From: Ginglymostoma cirratum
Lineage: Eukaryota
Assembly (NCBI GenBank): GCA_024137785.1
Contig: JAHRHZ010000263.1
Span: 25,957,334 to 26,021,333, forward strand
Direction: 5' to 3'
Length of the DNA: 64,000 bases
Shown: positions 26,201-38,087 of the stretch, piece by piece
Layout: each line of letters starts with the position of its first letter
How positions within the stretch are numbered: position 1 is the first letter of the stretch
Position numbers and translations under genes: made by a program
The notes under the pieces: generated by a model
What the model was told of the DNA's origin: nothing
The model's input: only the letters and a program-made list of their open reading frames with translations
Database searches by the model: none

Positions 26201-27416
26201 TCCCTTTTTCCCAATTTCTATCCCTCACGGAATGAAATTGCTGTTGAATGCTAAATTTCGATTTATGGACTGATACATATTCATCTGCCATATCTGCAGC
26301 TCTTCTTACTTTGTTAACTTGCTGTTCCTCAGTATGAGTTCTTATCATTTCTGGAAATGAGCTTTTAAACTCCTTCAGCAAAATAATTTCTCTAAGATCC
26401 TCATATGTCTTTTCTATCTTTAATGCTCTCACCTATCAATCAAAGTTGTTCTGTTTAATTCTTTCAACCTCGACATAACTCTGACCTGCTTCCTTCTTTG
26501 TGTTTCTGAGCCATTATCTAAATGCTTCTGGTACCAGTTCGTAGGTACTCAAAATACTCGGTTTAACCTCTTCACTATCTCTTGACACCATATCTGACAG
26601 TGCTGCAAACACCTCACTAGACCTGCCTACCAATTTGGTGTGAATTAACATTACCCACACAGTCTCTGGCTAATTCATCTGTTTAACAAATTTCTCAAAT
26701 GAAATGAAAAAGGGTTCTACATCCTTTTCATCGAAATTTCATAATATTTTGACGAATTTGTATATATCCCTACCATATCTTTGGCTACGATGGGTTTGCT
26801 CATCATTACTCTCCTCCTCACTAAACCTATCATTTACCTTCCTCTCCATTCTTTTAAATTGACTTTTCTGTTCAATTTGCAACTTTTAAGTTCAAACTCT
26901 CTCTCTCTCTTTCTCCCTCTCTTCTCACTCTCTTTTTGCTCAGCTAAGAACCTTCTCTCCCGTTCTTTATCTTCAGACATGACTCTTCTTTCGCTTTCTT
27001 TCTCTTCTGACTCCAATTGTCTAATTTTCAATTTAATTTTCTCTAACTCCACTGCACTTGCCTGTTTCTCTGGTATATCCAAATACTTGACCAACTCCTT
27101 TACGTTTGCACCTTTCCTCTTGTCCCTAGTAAAACCCAAATTTAGCCAGATTGCCAAGTCTAAAAGTATATCCTTGTTCTGTCCTTCTTAATTTTCTTGA
27201 CAAATTTGGGAAGCATCTTCAAATCCCAGAACCTCTTTAGCAATGTTAAGAGCCAGTTCCCGCACTTTTAATTTAACCTACCACACGTAACCAAAATTAA
27301 ACAGAATTTCCTCACCTAAGTTCTATTTTAGAGATCTAGGTCACTAATCCCCAAGTCTGTTTAATTCTGTTCAAATCCATTCAGATCTATTCAAATCTCC
27401 TACACAAACTGTCCAG

Positions 27417-27434
27417 ATCCCAGATGAGCCCCCA
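27417..27434 (-). other. Primer-binding site, tRNA-Pro
   Basis: Minus strand TGGGGGCTCATCTGGGAT versus the tRNA-Pro PBS TGGGGGCTCGTCCGGGAT (16 of 18; both differences are CpG-type transitions), 4 nt from the LTR end TAACA. Confidence 0.9.
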
Positions 27435-28154
27435 GTTTTGTTATGGAGGGACAATAGGTGAGCCCCTCTGACAGTTAAGCCAAAACACAAGCCCCAACCT
27501 GCTATGACAGCATTAGAGATTCCCTTCTAATAATTACCACCAAAACACCCAAGAAGCTCGCCTTTCCCCTTGTAATCTATTAAAAGAGTGGTTAAAAGAA
27601 AGAAAATCCCTGATCTCCACTTTACATGTGACAAGAAACAATTTATTTATTTAACCCACAATGAACAAAATAACAGAATTGCTAACAAACCAACAATTCC
27701 TCCTTAGACTACTAACTACTTCCTAACTGGTCTAAATTCTACTGGAATACTGTTCAAATAAACACAAGACCCAGTAAATAAACCCAATTAATAAGACAAC
27801 CATGAATTATAACTTAATCTTACTAAATTCACACAGACTGACTTTTGGAATATTCTGTTGTCTCCACTCTCTTCATAAATGCTTTTCTTCCGCAAATTCT
27901 GCTGTCAGGGTTGTTTTATCTCTATACTTTCTTCAATGAGAACTTCGAGCTAAAATACTGTGGTACTTTTGATTATTTGGACAGGCTTTCTCTGAGAGCT
28001 GAATGGTGCTAACTCTGGCATGTGGCAGATGACTCTCCCCAATTTTCCAATTGCCCTTGTCTTATATACCTATAATGACAAAATCAAATTCTTATAACAT
28101 GATTAGTTTCAGGTTGTCAATACCATCTGATTTAAATTCAATTAGCTTTCTGAA

Positions 28155-29123
28155 ATAAATTGTATCAGAGATAAAAGGTACTGCAGGTGCTGGAGAATCC
28201 GAGATAACAAGCATGGGGCTGAATGAACACAGCAGGTCAAGCAGCATCATAGGAGCAGGAAAACTTGATGTTTTGGGCCTAAACCCTTCATCAGAAATGG
28301 GGGAGGGGAAGAGGGTTCTGAAATAAATAGGGAGAGAGGGGGAGGTGGATAGAGGATGGATAGAGGAGAGGATAGGTGGAGAGGAGGCAGACAAGTCGAA
28401 GAGGCGGGGATGGAGCCAGTAAAGGTGAGTGTAGGTAGGGGGGTAGGGAGGAGATAGGTCAGTCCAGGGAGGACGGACAGGTCAAGGGGGCGGGATACCG
28501 CTTTGCAGAACACCTGCGCTCAGTTCGCAACAAACAACTGCACCTCCCAGTCGCGAACCATTTCAACTCCCCCTCCCAGTCCTCAGATGATATGTCCATC
28601 CTTGGCCTCCTGCAATGCCACAGTGATGCCACCCGAAGGCTGCAGGAACAGCAAATCATATTCAGCCTGGGAACCCTGCAGCCCAATGGCATCAATGTGG
28701 ATTTCACAAGCTTCAAAATCTCCCCTCCCCCAACCACATCCCGAAACCAGCCCAGCTCATCTCCACCTCCCTAACCTGTTTTTCCTCTCACCTCAAGCCA
28801 CACCCCCATCTCCTATCTACTATCATCATCCCGCCCCCTTGACCTGTCCGTCCTCCCTGGACTGACCTATCTCCTCCCTACCCCCCTGCCTACACTCACC
28901 TTTACTGGCTCCATCCCCGCCTCTTCGACTTGTCTGCCTCCTCTCCAGCTATCCTCTCCTCTATCCATTCTCTATCCGCCTACCCCTCTCTCCCTATTTA
29001 TTTCAGAACCCTCTTCCCCTCCCCCATTTCTGATGAAGGGTTTAGGCCCGAAACGTCAAGTTTTCCTGCTCCTATGATGCTGCTTGACCTGCTGTGTTCA
29101 TCCAGCCCCATGCTTGTTATCTC
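28155..29123. mobile_element. Young Penelope-like insertion (B) with inverted pseudo-LTRs and GIY-YIG C-terminus
   Basis: Inverted arms of about 300 bp (28200-28496, 28829-29124); central RFAEHLRSVRNKQLHLPVANHFNSPSQSSDDMSILGLLQCHSDATRRLQEQQIIFSLGTLQPNGINVDF; 10-bp TSD GCTTTCTGAA (28145-28154, 29124-29133). Confidence 0.92.
29027..29060 (+). ncRNA. Minimal hammerhead ribozyme motif in element B
   Basis: CUGAUGA-A-GGGU(UUAG)GCCC-GAAA-CGUC. The mirror copy at 28264-28297 has CpG-type changes in the GAAA/CGUC core. Confidence 0.68.
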
Positions 29124-29264
29124 GCTTTCTGAAGCTTGGTTTAAATTAATTGGCTAAATTCAAAGTTGTTGTCTTGGAAAAAGTGCTGCTTGGCTGTTCT
29201 ATACAATATGTTTCCATTCAGGCACTCCATATGTACCTGCACTTGTTAATTTCCAAGCACATGT

Positions 29265-29634
29265 TGTTCCACAGACGTTTCATTGCCCTGCTGGGTAACA
29301 TCATCAGTGCAGCCTCCGATGAAGCGCCGGTGTGTTTTCCTGCCTGGTTTTTAAACTCTGGAGTCCATTGAGCTGGATTGCCTCACTTCCGGTTTTCCTT
29401 TGTAGTGGAGTGTATAGGGGATCGAGTTCTATGTGTTTACTGATGGCTTTCTTCATGGACCACCAGGCTTCAAGGAATTCCCGTGCCTGTCTCTGCTTAG
29501 CTTGTCCCAGGATTTTGGTGTTGTCCCAGTCAAGTTGATGGTTCTCCTTATCCATGTGGATTGAGATGAGTGAGTACCACCAATTCGACTGGGACAACAC
29601 CAAAATCCTGGGACAAGCTAAGCAGAGACAGGCC
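29265..29634 (-). mobile_element. Penelope-like element 3' end of a second family (G), with short 5' inversion
   Basis: Minus ORF SLISIHMDKENHQLDWDNTKILGQAKQRQAREFLEAWWS..ISKHIELDPLY (GIY-YIG C-terminus); inverted copy ~29578-29633 of ~29485-29541. Confidence 0.85.
29269..29312 (-). ncRNA. Hammerhead ribozyme motif in element G
   Basis: Minus strand CUGCA-CUGAUGA-U-GUUACC(CAGCAG)GGCAAU-GAAA-CGUC-UGUGG; stem I about 5 bp including G.U pairs; stem II with one mismatch. Confidence 0.68.
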
Positions 29635-30517
29635 ATAAGGAATTTAACAGGGCAACTAGAACTGGACACAGTGTTCCAGAATCAATGTCCTGTACAACCT
29701 CAACATAATATCGCAACTCCTATAGTCATTGGTCTGAGCAATGAAGGCATGGGTGCTAAATACTTTCTTAGCCACCCTGTCTATCTGTGATGCAAACTTC
29801 AAACTTCATATACTCAAATTGACTATAAATTAAACAACAATAGACAAAGTGTTATTTTACTGTAAGGGAGATGCAAAGAGAGAAAAGGCAAACAGTGATA
29901 GAGAAACAGAGAGAGGATTATTGAGGTGTGAGATGGTCATTAAGATAGAAACGGAGATTTTTAGGGCAATGGGACAAGAACAGGGGTGTGGGACTAATTG
30001 TATAACTCTTTCAAAGAGCTGACACAGACATAATTGACCAATGACCTTCTTTTGCACTATATCATATATGATCCTAAATTTGATTTTTAATGAAGAAAGC
30101 CACTGAAGTCAGTACACCTGCAAATTTCTGAAAAATGTAATACCAAATCATGATGTTGCTATACTTTCAAAACCAGCTAGTACCAACAAGTTCTGGTTAT
30201 GTTGGGAGTTCCTGCATTCCTCAGCATACATGTTATGCAATGCTAATCAATTCCAAAACAATTTTTAAATCTTTGATGTTGAGCAATAACTTGTTTTGTG
30301 GGTGACTTATGAAGGTAAGGGTGGTATGGGAAAGGTTGATGGAGCATAATTCTTTTCACCATTTTTGTGTTCTAAGTGGCTTCACTTGCTTTTAAAATAT
30401 TTTGGGTCCAAATTCCACAAGTGTTGTCTCAAACTATTGTATTAATATTAATAGGAGATCAGCAGAACCAGTAGAGAAACAGAACAAGTTGGAGGACCCT
30501 GTGCATTTTTACTTTGT

Positions 30518-30872
30518 CAGCAGTGTCGCTTAGCGGTTGGCACTGTTACCACACAGTGCCTTGGACCTGGGTTTGATCCCAGCCTTGAGTGACTTTCTGT
30601 TGTGGAATCTGCATGTTCTCCCTCTGTCAGTGTAGATTCCCAGCAGGTGTTCAGATTTATTCCCACAGTCCAAAGATGTGCAGGTTGAGTGCACTGGCCA
30701 TGCTAAATTAACTGTAGTGTCCAGAGATGTGCAGACTAGGTGAGTTAGCTATGGTAAATGCACGTTATGGGGATATGGTAGGGGGTGGGTCTAAGTGAAA
30801 TGTTGTTAAGAGTGTCAGTGCAGTTTTGACGGGCTGAATAGTCTCTTTCTGCACTGTAGGGATTCTATGATT
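30518..30872 (+). mobile_element. HE1-type V-SINE
   Basis: tRNA head (GCTTAGCGGTTGGCAC..GGTTTGATCCC), V-domain GTGGAATCTGCATGTTCTCCC..CCCACAGTCCAAAGATGTGCAGGTT, CR1-like tail GGGATTCTATGATT. Confidence 0.85.
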
Positions 30873-31199
30873 GTATATTTAGGCTGAATTTTCTTTCTTT
30901 GCCTGATTTCCAGCTGTAGAAAATTTGTAAAGGCAATTTTATTTCAAGTTCAAGAGTATTAAAAATTACTTGTACATCCTTTTTCTTTGGTATTATGTTC
31001 ATAAGCTTCCAACCCAGAAATTCCTGCAGGTGGAAGTACTTTGGCCATGAGATGCACAAGTGTGTTTGAAGAATTATATATTTAGACATTTACTGGATTC
31101 TTACCAACTTCATGAATCAAGTCATATGGTTATCTGACAATGAAGCACATTGTTACAAAGAATATTAAAAGGCTGAATTCTAGGTCATAAAAGAAATAC

Positions 31200-32642
31200 A
31201 GTCATAGAGTCATTGAGACATACAGCACGGAAACAGACCCTACGTTCCAACTCGTCCATGCTGACCAAATATCCTAAAAAAATCTAGTCCCATTTGCCAG
31301 CTTTTGGCCCATATCCTTTTAAACTCTCTCCATTCATATAACCATCTAGATGCCTTTTAAATGTTGTAATTATACCAGCCTCCACCACTTCCTCTGGCAG
31401 CTCATTCCATACATACACCACCCTCTATGTGAAAAAGTGGCCCCTTAGGTCCCTTTCAACCAGGGGTCACAGTTTGAGTATTTGGGCTAGACGATTTAGG
31501 ATGGAGATGAGACTTTTCTTCACCCAAAGAGTCGTGAGCCTGTGGAATTCATTACCACAGGAATTAATTGATGCCAAAACTGTGAATGTATTCAACAGCT
31601 GACTAGATATAGCATTTGGGGAAAATGGGATCAAAGGTTATGGGGAGAAAGTGGGATGAGGCTATTGAGTTGGATGATCAGCCATGATCGTGAAGAATGG
31701 TGGAGCAGGCTTGAAGGGCTGAATGGCCTCCTCCTGCTACTATCTTCTATGTTTCTATCTTAAATGTATGTCCTCTGATTTTGGACTCCCCTATGCCTGG
31801 GAAAAGCCTTTACCTATTTGCCCTATCAATGCTCCTCATGATTTTATAAACCTCCACAAGGTCATCCCTCAGCCTTCAATGCTCCAGGGAAAAGGCCCTA
31901 GCCAAATCAGCCTCTCTCTATAACTCAAACCCTCCAACCCTGGCAATATCCTTGTAAATCTTTTCTGAACCCTTTCAAGTTTTGAAACATCCTTCATACA
32001 GCAGGGAGACCAGAACTGAATACAGTATTCCAATAGTGGCCTCACCCATGTCCTGTACCGCTGCAACATGACCTCCCAACTCTTATACTCAATGCAATGA
32101 CTAATAAAGGTAAGCATACCAAACACCTTCTTCACTATCTTACCCACCTGCAACTCCGCTATCAAGGAACTATGAACCTGCACTCCAAGGTCTCTTTGTT
32201 CAGCAACACTCCCCAGGACCTTACCATTAAGTGTTCAAGTCCTACCCAAAATGCAGCACCTCATATTTATCTAAATTAAACTCTATCTGCCACTGCTTGG
32301 CCCATTGGCCCTTCTGATCAAGATCCTGTTGTACTCTGAGGTATCCTTCACTGTCCACTACATCTTTAATTTTGGTGTCATCTGCAAACTTACTAATCAT
32401 ACCTCCTAGGTTCACATCCAAATAATTTACATTAATGATGAAAAGCAGTGGACCCAGCAACACTCTGAAAAGCAATCCTCCACGACCACCTTCTGTCTTC
32501 TACCTTTGAGCCAGTTCTGTATCCAAATGACTAGTTCTCCCCGTATTCCACGTGATCTACCCTTGCTAATCAATCTACCATGAAGAACCTTGTCAAATGC
32601 CTTTCTGAAGTTCATGTAGATCACATCCATTGCTCTGCCCTT
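31200..32642 (-). mobile_element. CR1 LINE RT and 3' end, with a nested plus-strand CR1 tail (~31460-31760)
   Basis: MDVIYMNFRKAFDKVLHGRL, ISKFADDTKI, VRPLLEYCIQFWSP..LERVQKRFTRILPGL. Confidence 0.92.
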
Positions 32643-32899
32643 GTTTGTTTATATTTTCGTACACTGTAAAACATACGTCTATCAAGTTTGTCATCTGTTT
32701 GGAGGAATGTCAAAGGTTCATACATTTTCAGTTGTCTTTTAAACAATAAAAATAGCTTTCAATGCTTCAATGAGAATTACACGAAAAATGATGACAACAA
32801 CAAGCAAGGTATAGACTCATATTTGTATCGTAATTATATGTATATGCAAAACATTTGACAAGTGGCAGTGTTCAAGAGAACACCATTGGGCTAAACCTA

Positions 32900-35265
32900 C
32901 GATATTTTGGCCAAGTGTGAGTTGTGTCAAGTTTTTTGGAGGGCTTTTGACTGCAAGGCCTAATGGGTTTGCTCATCCCATCTTACCAAATTCACTGCAT
33001 TAATTATCTACCCCAACCTTATCGTGTTTCTCATATCCAATTTCCACCCCATCTTACCACATATCATTCCCAAAACTTACCGTTCAGCAGATACCTTCCA
33101 AAACACCAGCATCCCTTATGCCCACACCACCTTCAAAGACCGCTGTGCACCTAAACAGTAATTGGCAATCTAGCATTACCCTTCACTAGCAACAAAATCG
33201 TGCAGCAACTATAGCATCATGCTGCCGATGGCACACATCCAGTATGGCTAACATTCCTTCATACATACAATACCATTCCTTCGTCCTCATTGCAGTTCAA
33301 AAGCTGTGTCTCACACTTTATCTGTCTGTAGCTGTAGCCCATCTGAACACTCTCTGAATCAATGCTACCCTGACCCCAGGGTCCACTGTGGACTCAATTC
33401 TTGTCATTGTTTTGTAGGGGAACTTTATATACAGGCTAGAAGTTGGACAAATATTAACATAAATGTGACCTCTTATTCGAGGAAAAAGAAACAAAAATAA
33501 AGCTAACAGAGGCAGAACTTCACCCGCACAATGTCATCCAGATTTTGGCCAAACAATTTACAGTCAATAATTGCTGCACCCAGCACTCTTCTATTGGAAG
33601 TGTTTGTCAATGAGTTTCTATCTGGCAGGTAACACTTGTCACAGCTTCTTCCTCATTCTTCTCCATGGATGACTGGTCCCATTCCTCAATTCCTCAGCAA
33701 GGACGTCACCTTGTTTCCTGCTTCAATTATGCAGAGAAAAACACACCAATAAAATGCAGCACATGCTGTCCAGACTATACTGTATGCCCTCCCCCAAACA
33801 TCAGACAATTCAAGCATGGAAATGCATCTTCAAGAGCCCTACACTGAACTCCACAACAGCCCTGGCTGAGGCTTGGGTTGCATTAAACCTATGCTCCACA
33901 CTAATCGGGAGTTACACAATGGTGTCACGAACCATGGTCACCATGGATATCCAGTAACAAGTCTTATAAGGCACCTGGACTCTCAAAAGCACTTGGTACA
34001 GAGAGTGCTTCAGAATGTACAAACTATGAAAGCTGCCAGGAGGGTGGGCACACACCTCTTGAAGTAACAGTGATCACATGGGTCCTGTCGATGGCAGCCT
34101 GCACCTGAGGGAAGACAGCTATGTTGCCAAATTAACTGTTCAGACCACAGCACTGACCACATCTTGGGAAACGAAATGAACTGTGACCTTGCACTGATGC
34201 ATTGGCCAGTGTCCTGATGCATTTATGGCTGCATGAGTAAGATATCCCACACAGGTCTCCCATCACTTTCTGCAAGGTGCATACTGGTGTGCAGTGATCT
34301 CCACAGTTACCAGAAAAGTAAGATCTCCCACTTCTGCAGCCCTCAGGTTCTGCTCCAGCATCTGAAAAAGATCTGTCTCTGTGTCCGGGGACATATGAGG
34401 CCTGCATCAACACTGCGCCTTGCTCGTGGACAGGAAATTAAGTCAGGGCCAGAAATCTCTGGGGCTCCTGCAGACCAATCTATCCTGAGTGGCCATTCAG
34501 CTGCAGCGTCTCCTTAGGCTTATTGGTCCTCATCCTCAAATGGCAGTAGCAAAAGCCTTTGGCTCAGGTTAATGTGCCAACACACTAACAAGGATGTTAC
34601 AGGCAAAGCAAGGCATGGATGCTATGAGCATGCGGTGGGCATAAAATGACTGAGCTCTAAGACAGCAAGCCTGAGAGCTACTCTGGCCTATTCCATGAGA
34701 TGGGTGCCCATCCCTGTGCACAATATGTCCCTGCTGCAACCGTTCAGTGCTGATTGCTGGTGTGCTCTGCAATGCAAGCTCTGGGTTTGTGAGAAACCCA
34801 CCAGTGAACTGGATAGGTGCCATGATGGTCATGATGGGTTAGCAGATGCTGGATGCCAATATCCGTAAAGGCAAAGTGCATTCACCTGAACCCCATGAAT
34901 TGTACCACGAGATGTTGTTGCCTAGTGTCCAACATGGAAGTCGTTAGAAGCCAATGGGAGCTGAATCTGCCAGGTACATGCCCTGATTTCCTTTTGAGTT
35001 TTCTTGACATCGAGCTTGTTTGAAAAGTTCAGTAAGAGAGGCTGAATATTAATGAGACAACTTATGGCATTAACAAGAGGATTTACAAGCATTAACCACC
35101 ATCAACTGGCATCTTGTCAATCCCGCTGCACCACTGGTAAAAAGCATAAAACCTAGAGCAAAATGAACATAACATTGGGATGGACCAACAGACTTCTCAT
35201 TCAATTCTGCCACACATCTTGCCATAGCACATGTCACTCAGACCCTATAAGATTCTATCCTTTGT
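32900..35265 (-). mobile_element. Harbinger/PIF DNA transposon fossil H3
   Basis: Minus ORF GDLCGISYSCSHKCIRTL..FPRCG matches the transposase HTH region (GD..GISQS..H.CI). 32905-33025 is reverse-complement homologous to 57040-57185. Confidence 0.65.
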
Positions 35266-36697
35266 CTCTAGCTTCACAAGTTAGCAACAGCAGCATGTCA
35301 ACAGCAACAACGGCTGTCCACTTTGGTCACCTTACAGCTTTTTTCCAAAGCAATGGGAATCACAAATCACAACCATTGAGTATTCAAATCACACTGCAGT
35401 GGCCTATTTGAACCAAAGGAGCTTCTACATAAATATGTAAGTGAACTATATACCCGATTGTGAATTCAGATCAGAGAAAGCCATGATCAAATTGTACAGT
35501 ACTCAGGTCAGGCCACCCTTGCAGAAAATGTTCATTTCTGCTCAGAGAAGATTGCAGAGAAAAATTATGAGACTGAGTTCTTAATAGTATTATGTGAGTT
35601 ATAAGGAAGTCTTTGGTTTTTCAGCCGAGAAACAAGGAGGGAAGTATTAAATTCTGATGACCTGGCAACGCAAACTGGCCACAGTTAAAAGAATTCCAAT
35701 ATTGAACTAGCAATACTAGAGTGGCCCTATTAACATTGAACTTTGGGCTTCAATTAATTTAGGCTGGAGAGCTAGAGGTACCTACTACACATGCTCAGGC
35801 AATTCGCTGTCAAAGTGAATACTAACTTTAAATTCAGACACATCACCAATAGCTGTCAGGGATAGGTTGATCAGAAGGGGTTTAAATATGGCCCAAAGAC
35901 TGTCTTCAAAATTGTTGTCGAATTTGAAAGCATCACAAAGCATTGTATTTTGGTGATGACTTCCAGTGGTCCCTTTAAGAATCTTTCATTAGGTTACAAA
36001 TAGACCTGGTTATTCTGAGCACAGCATGCCTGTAGAAGTCATCAAACCAGTGCTCAGTTATACTGAAAGGGTCTCATGCTCATTTATGTCTATCCTGGTG
36101 CTTTTTCCAAAGTTGCTGGTGACACACATTTTGGCACAGAATTTGCATTCTGTGGATTTGTATATGCATTACTAAGACTGCTAACTATTGTAAGCACTTT
36201 ATTGTAAGCATTTTAGATTATTTGTACCACAATACTTTAACACTAAGTCAGCATTTATAATTTTACAGGAATATGTTGTCTAAAGTCAAACACCACTTAC
36301 AATAGATTAACTACCTGATTTTCAAAACACATGAATGTTTACACATAAAGAATATGCTATCAGTTTCCTGAGAATGTTCCTAAAATTATTTAAAATATTA
36401 CAATTATTTCTACATCTTTGTAGCTATTTGTGAGGAATAAAATCTTAATGATTTACTATATTTCTTTCTTAACTTTGTTCTGTATCTATCCACTGCTACC
36501 AGGACAGACTATGTTGTAATTCAACACCTGTGAGAGACCTCGCCCATTAACTCGCTGGACTGCCCTAACAAGAATTTGAAGTAAACTTTAGGCAAACACA
36601 CAGTTGAGTTTACTATGTTTAAGCAACAAGATCCTCTAAGCATCTTTTCCATGTGAAGCTGGACTTTATTCCTCTCGTTTTTGATAAGACCACTTCA

Positions 36698-36902
36698 ATG
36701 GCATTTGACGATAGCAATTCGAACTCCATGAGGAAAGATACTGCAGATTTATTCCAGAATGGATTAAATTCAAGGCGGAGGGTTAGCCTTCCACCAGAAT
36801 TCTTGATGAGCATTGATAATTACGGAAAGGGTAATAGAAACTACAGGAACGCGGAGCAAGTACACTTAAGGCGCCCTAAGAAAAGACCGTCTATTTTTCA
36901 AG
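36698..36902 (+). CDS. Candidate alternative first coding exon, probably of FRY (MAFDDSNSNSMRKDTADLFQNGLNSRRRVSLPPEFLMSIDNYGKGNRNYRNAEQVHLRRPKKRPSIFQ)
   Basis: Unique sequence with retained CpGs. 68 codons plus 1 nt end at donor CAAG|GTAGGA (GT at 36903), phase 1 like the canonical FRY exon 1, on the same strand. In-frame stop upstream at 36620. Assignment to FRY is inference. Confidence 0.6.
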
Positions 36903-38087
36903 GTAGGAAATGTCTCTGTGATGTCAATTGGTTGTGATTGACGATTATTGAACAGTCTTTAAAATATATAGATTTCGGTATTTCTGTTGAAAATGACATC
37001 TATATGTGCCAGTTTAACAAGAAAAAACATTTATAGAGAAACATTAGTCAGATGAACATGTTCAGATGTGTTGACAGCTTCCCAGCACAATGTGCCAGAA
37101 GTAATGGTTTATAAACAACAGTTTAAAAAGTGCCCATAGCAAAAGTCTGTTTATGACTAGGTACTGATGATTGCGCAGCTAGTAATTGGTAAATAAGTTA
37201 TGCTTTGCATTCCTGTCCTTCAGCAGAGCCTGAAGATTGTTGATAAGAATGGTTATTTCAATCAAATCGCTACATGTTCTATGTGAGAATGTTGGTGCAT
37301 GTATACTTTAAGTTTACTGTGAAACAATATAAAAATATAAAACTTTCAGACAATGGACAATGTATTTTTATAATATTTATTATGATATAACTTATCATGT
37401 TTTTTCATGGGATGCAGGTATCACTGTCTAGGCCAGCATTTATTGTCCGTCCCCAATTGCCCTTGAGAAGGTGATGAATAGACATCATCATGAATACAAC
37501 TGAGTGGCAGCTACATTTGAGCACGTTTCACCATTGTGTCAAGCACATTACTGTGGGTCTAGATTCACCTATAATTATAGTTATACTTTTATCATTAATA
37601 TATAGGCCATTCAGGGTAACACATTTCCTTCCACAAAGGACATTTAGTAGAGGTGACTTGATTGAAGTGTGAAAGCCTGAAAAGTCTAATGGAGATGGAT
37701 GAAAAAGGATATTTCCTCTCATGGGTGAATCTAGAAATTGGGGTATTGTCTAAAATGAGGAACAAAATCTTCCCAGCCCCAAATGACATGGATCGTGTTG
37801 AGAAAGTTGGGGAAATCAGAAGAGATGTCCAGCTTCATTACTACCTAATTTCATCTCATTAATGCTCCTCACCGCTATGAGGAGAGGATCATGACAACGA
37901 CTGCCCCAAGTGGCAAAATTATTTTGCTCAGTCCCTTGATGCACTTGACTTAATTGTCAGGAACGCCTGCCTGAAGGGTGTCTGCCCTGACTTAATTGAG
38001 GACTATGCATTTTTCCCACTTGCTGTCTAGAAACTGGAAGGCAAGAATTCTGAACATGAAAGTCAGAGCTGTTGCCTGGCAGCTCCA

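Larger units (their letters stand above)
22276..29260 (-). mobile_element. Gmr1-type Gypsy LTR retrotransposon with two LTRs, degenerate, integrase core deleted
   Basis: Minus-strand order: gag with SCAN-like segment and zinc knuckle (27240-26050), PR (LRDMGAGQS, ~25800), INT zinc finger (HLGVRKT..HFYWPGL..CHTCQ, ~25130-24980), RT (RFCVDYQKVN, KLDLLRGYWQV), RH ending NVVADVLSQV-stop at 23478. Confidence 0.92.
27439..29260 (-). repeat. 5' LTR of the Gmr1-type element, interrupted by Penelope element B and truncated by element G
   Basis: Begins TGTTATG on the + strand; colinear with 22276-23175; resumes after 29133. Confidence 0.85.

Noticed and set aside
26781-27191. Leu/Ser-rich 136-aa plus-strand ORF that looks membrane-like
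   Set aside because: Antisense reading of the Glu/Arg/Lys-rich coiled-coil part of the Gypsy gag.
36619-36813. 64-aa minus-strand ORF
   Set aside because: Antisense to the better-supported plus-strand exon candidate; no splice or motif support.
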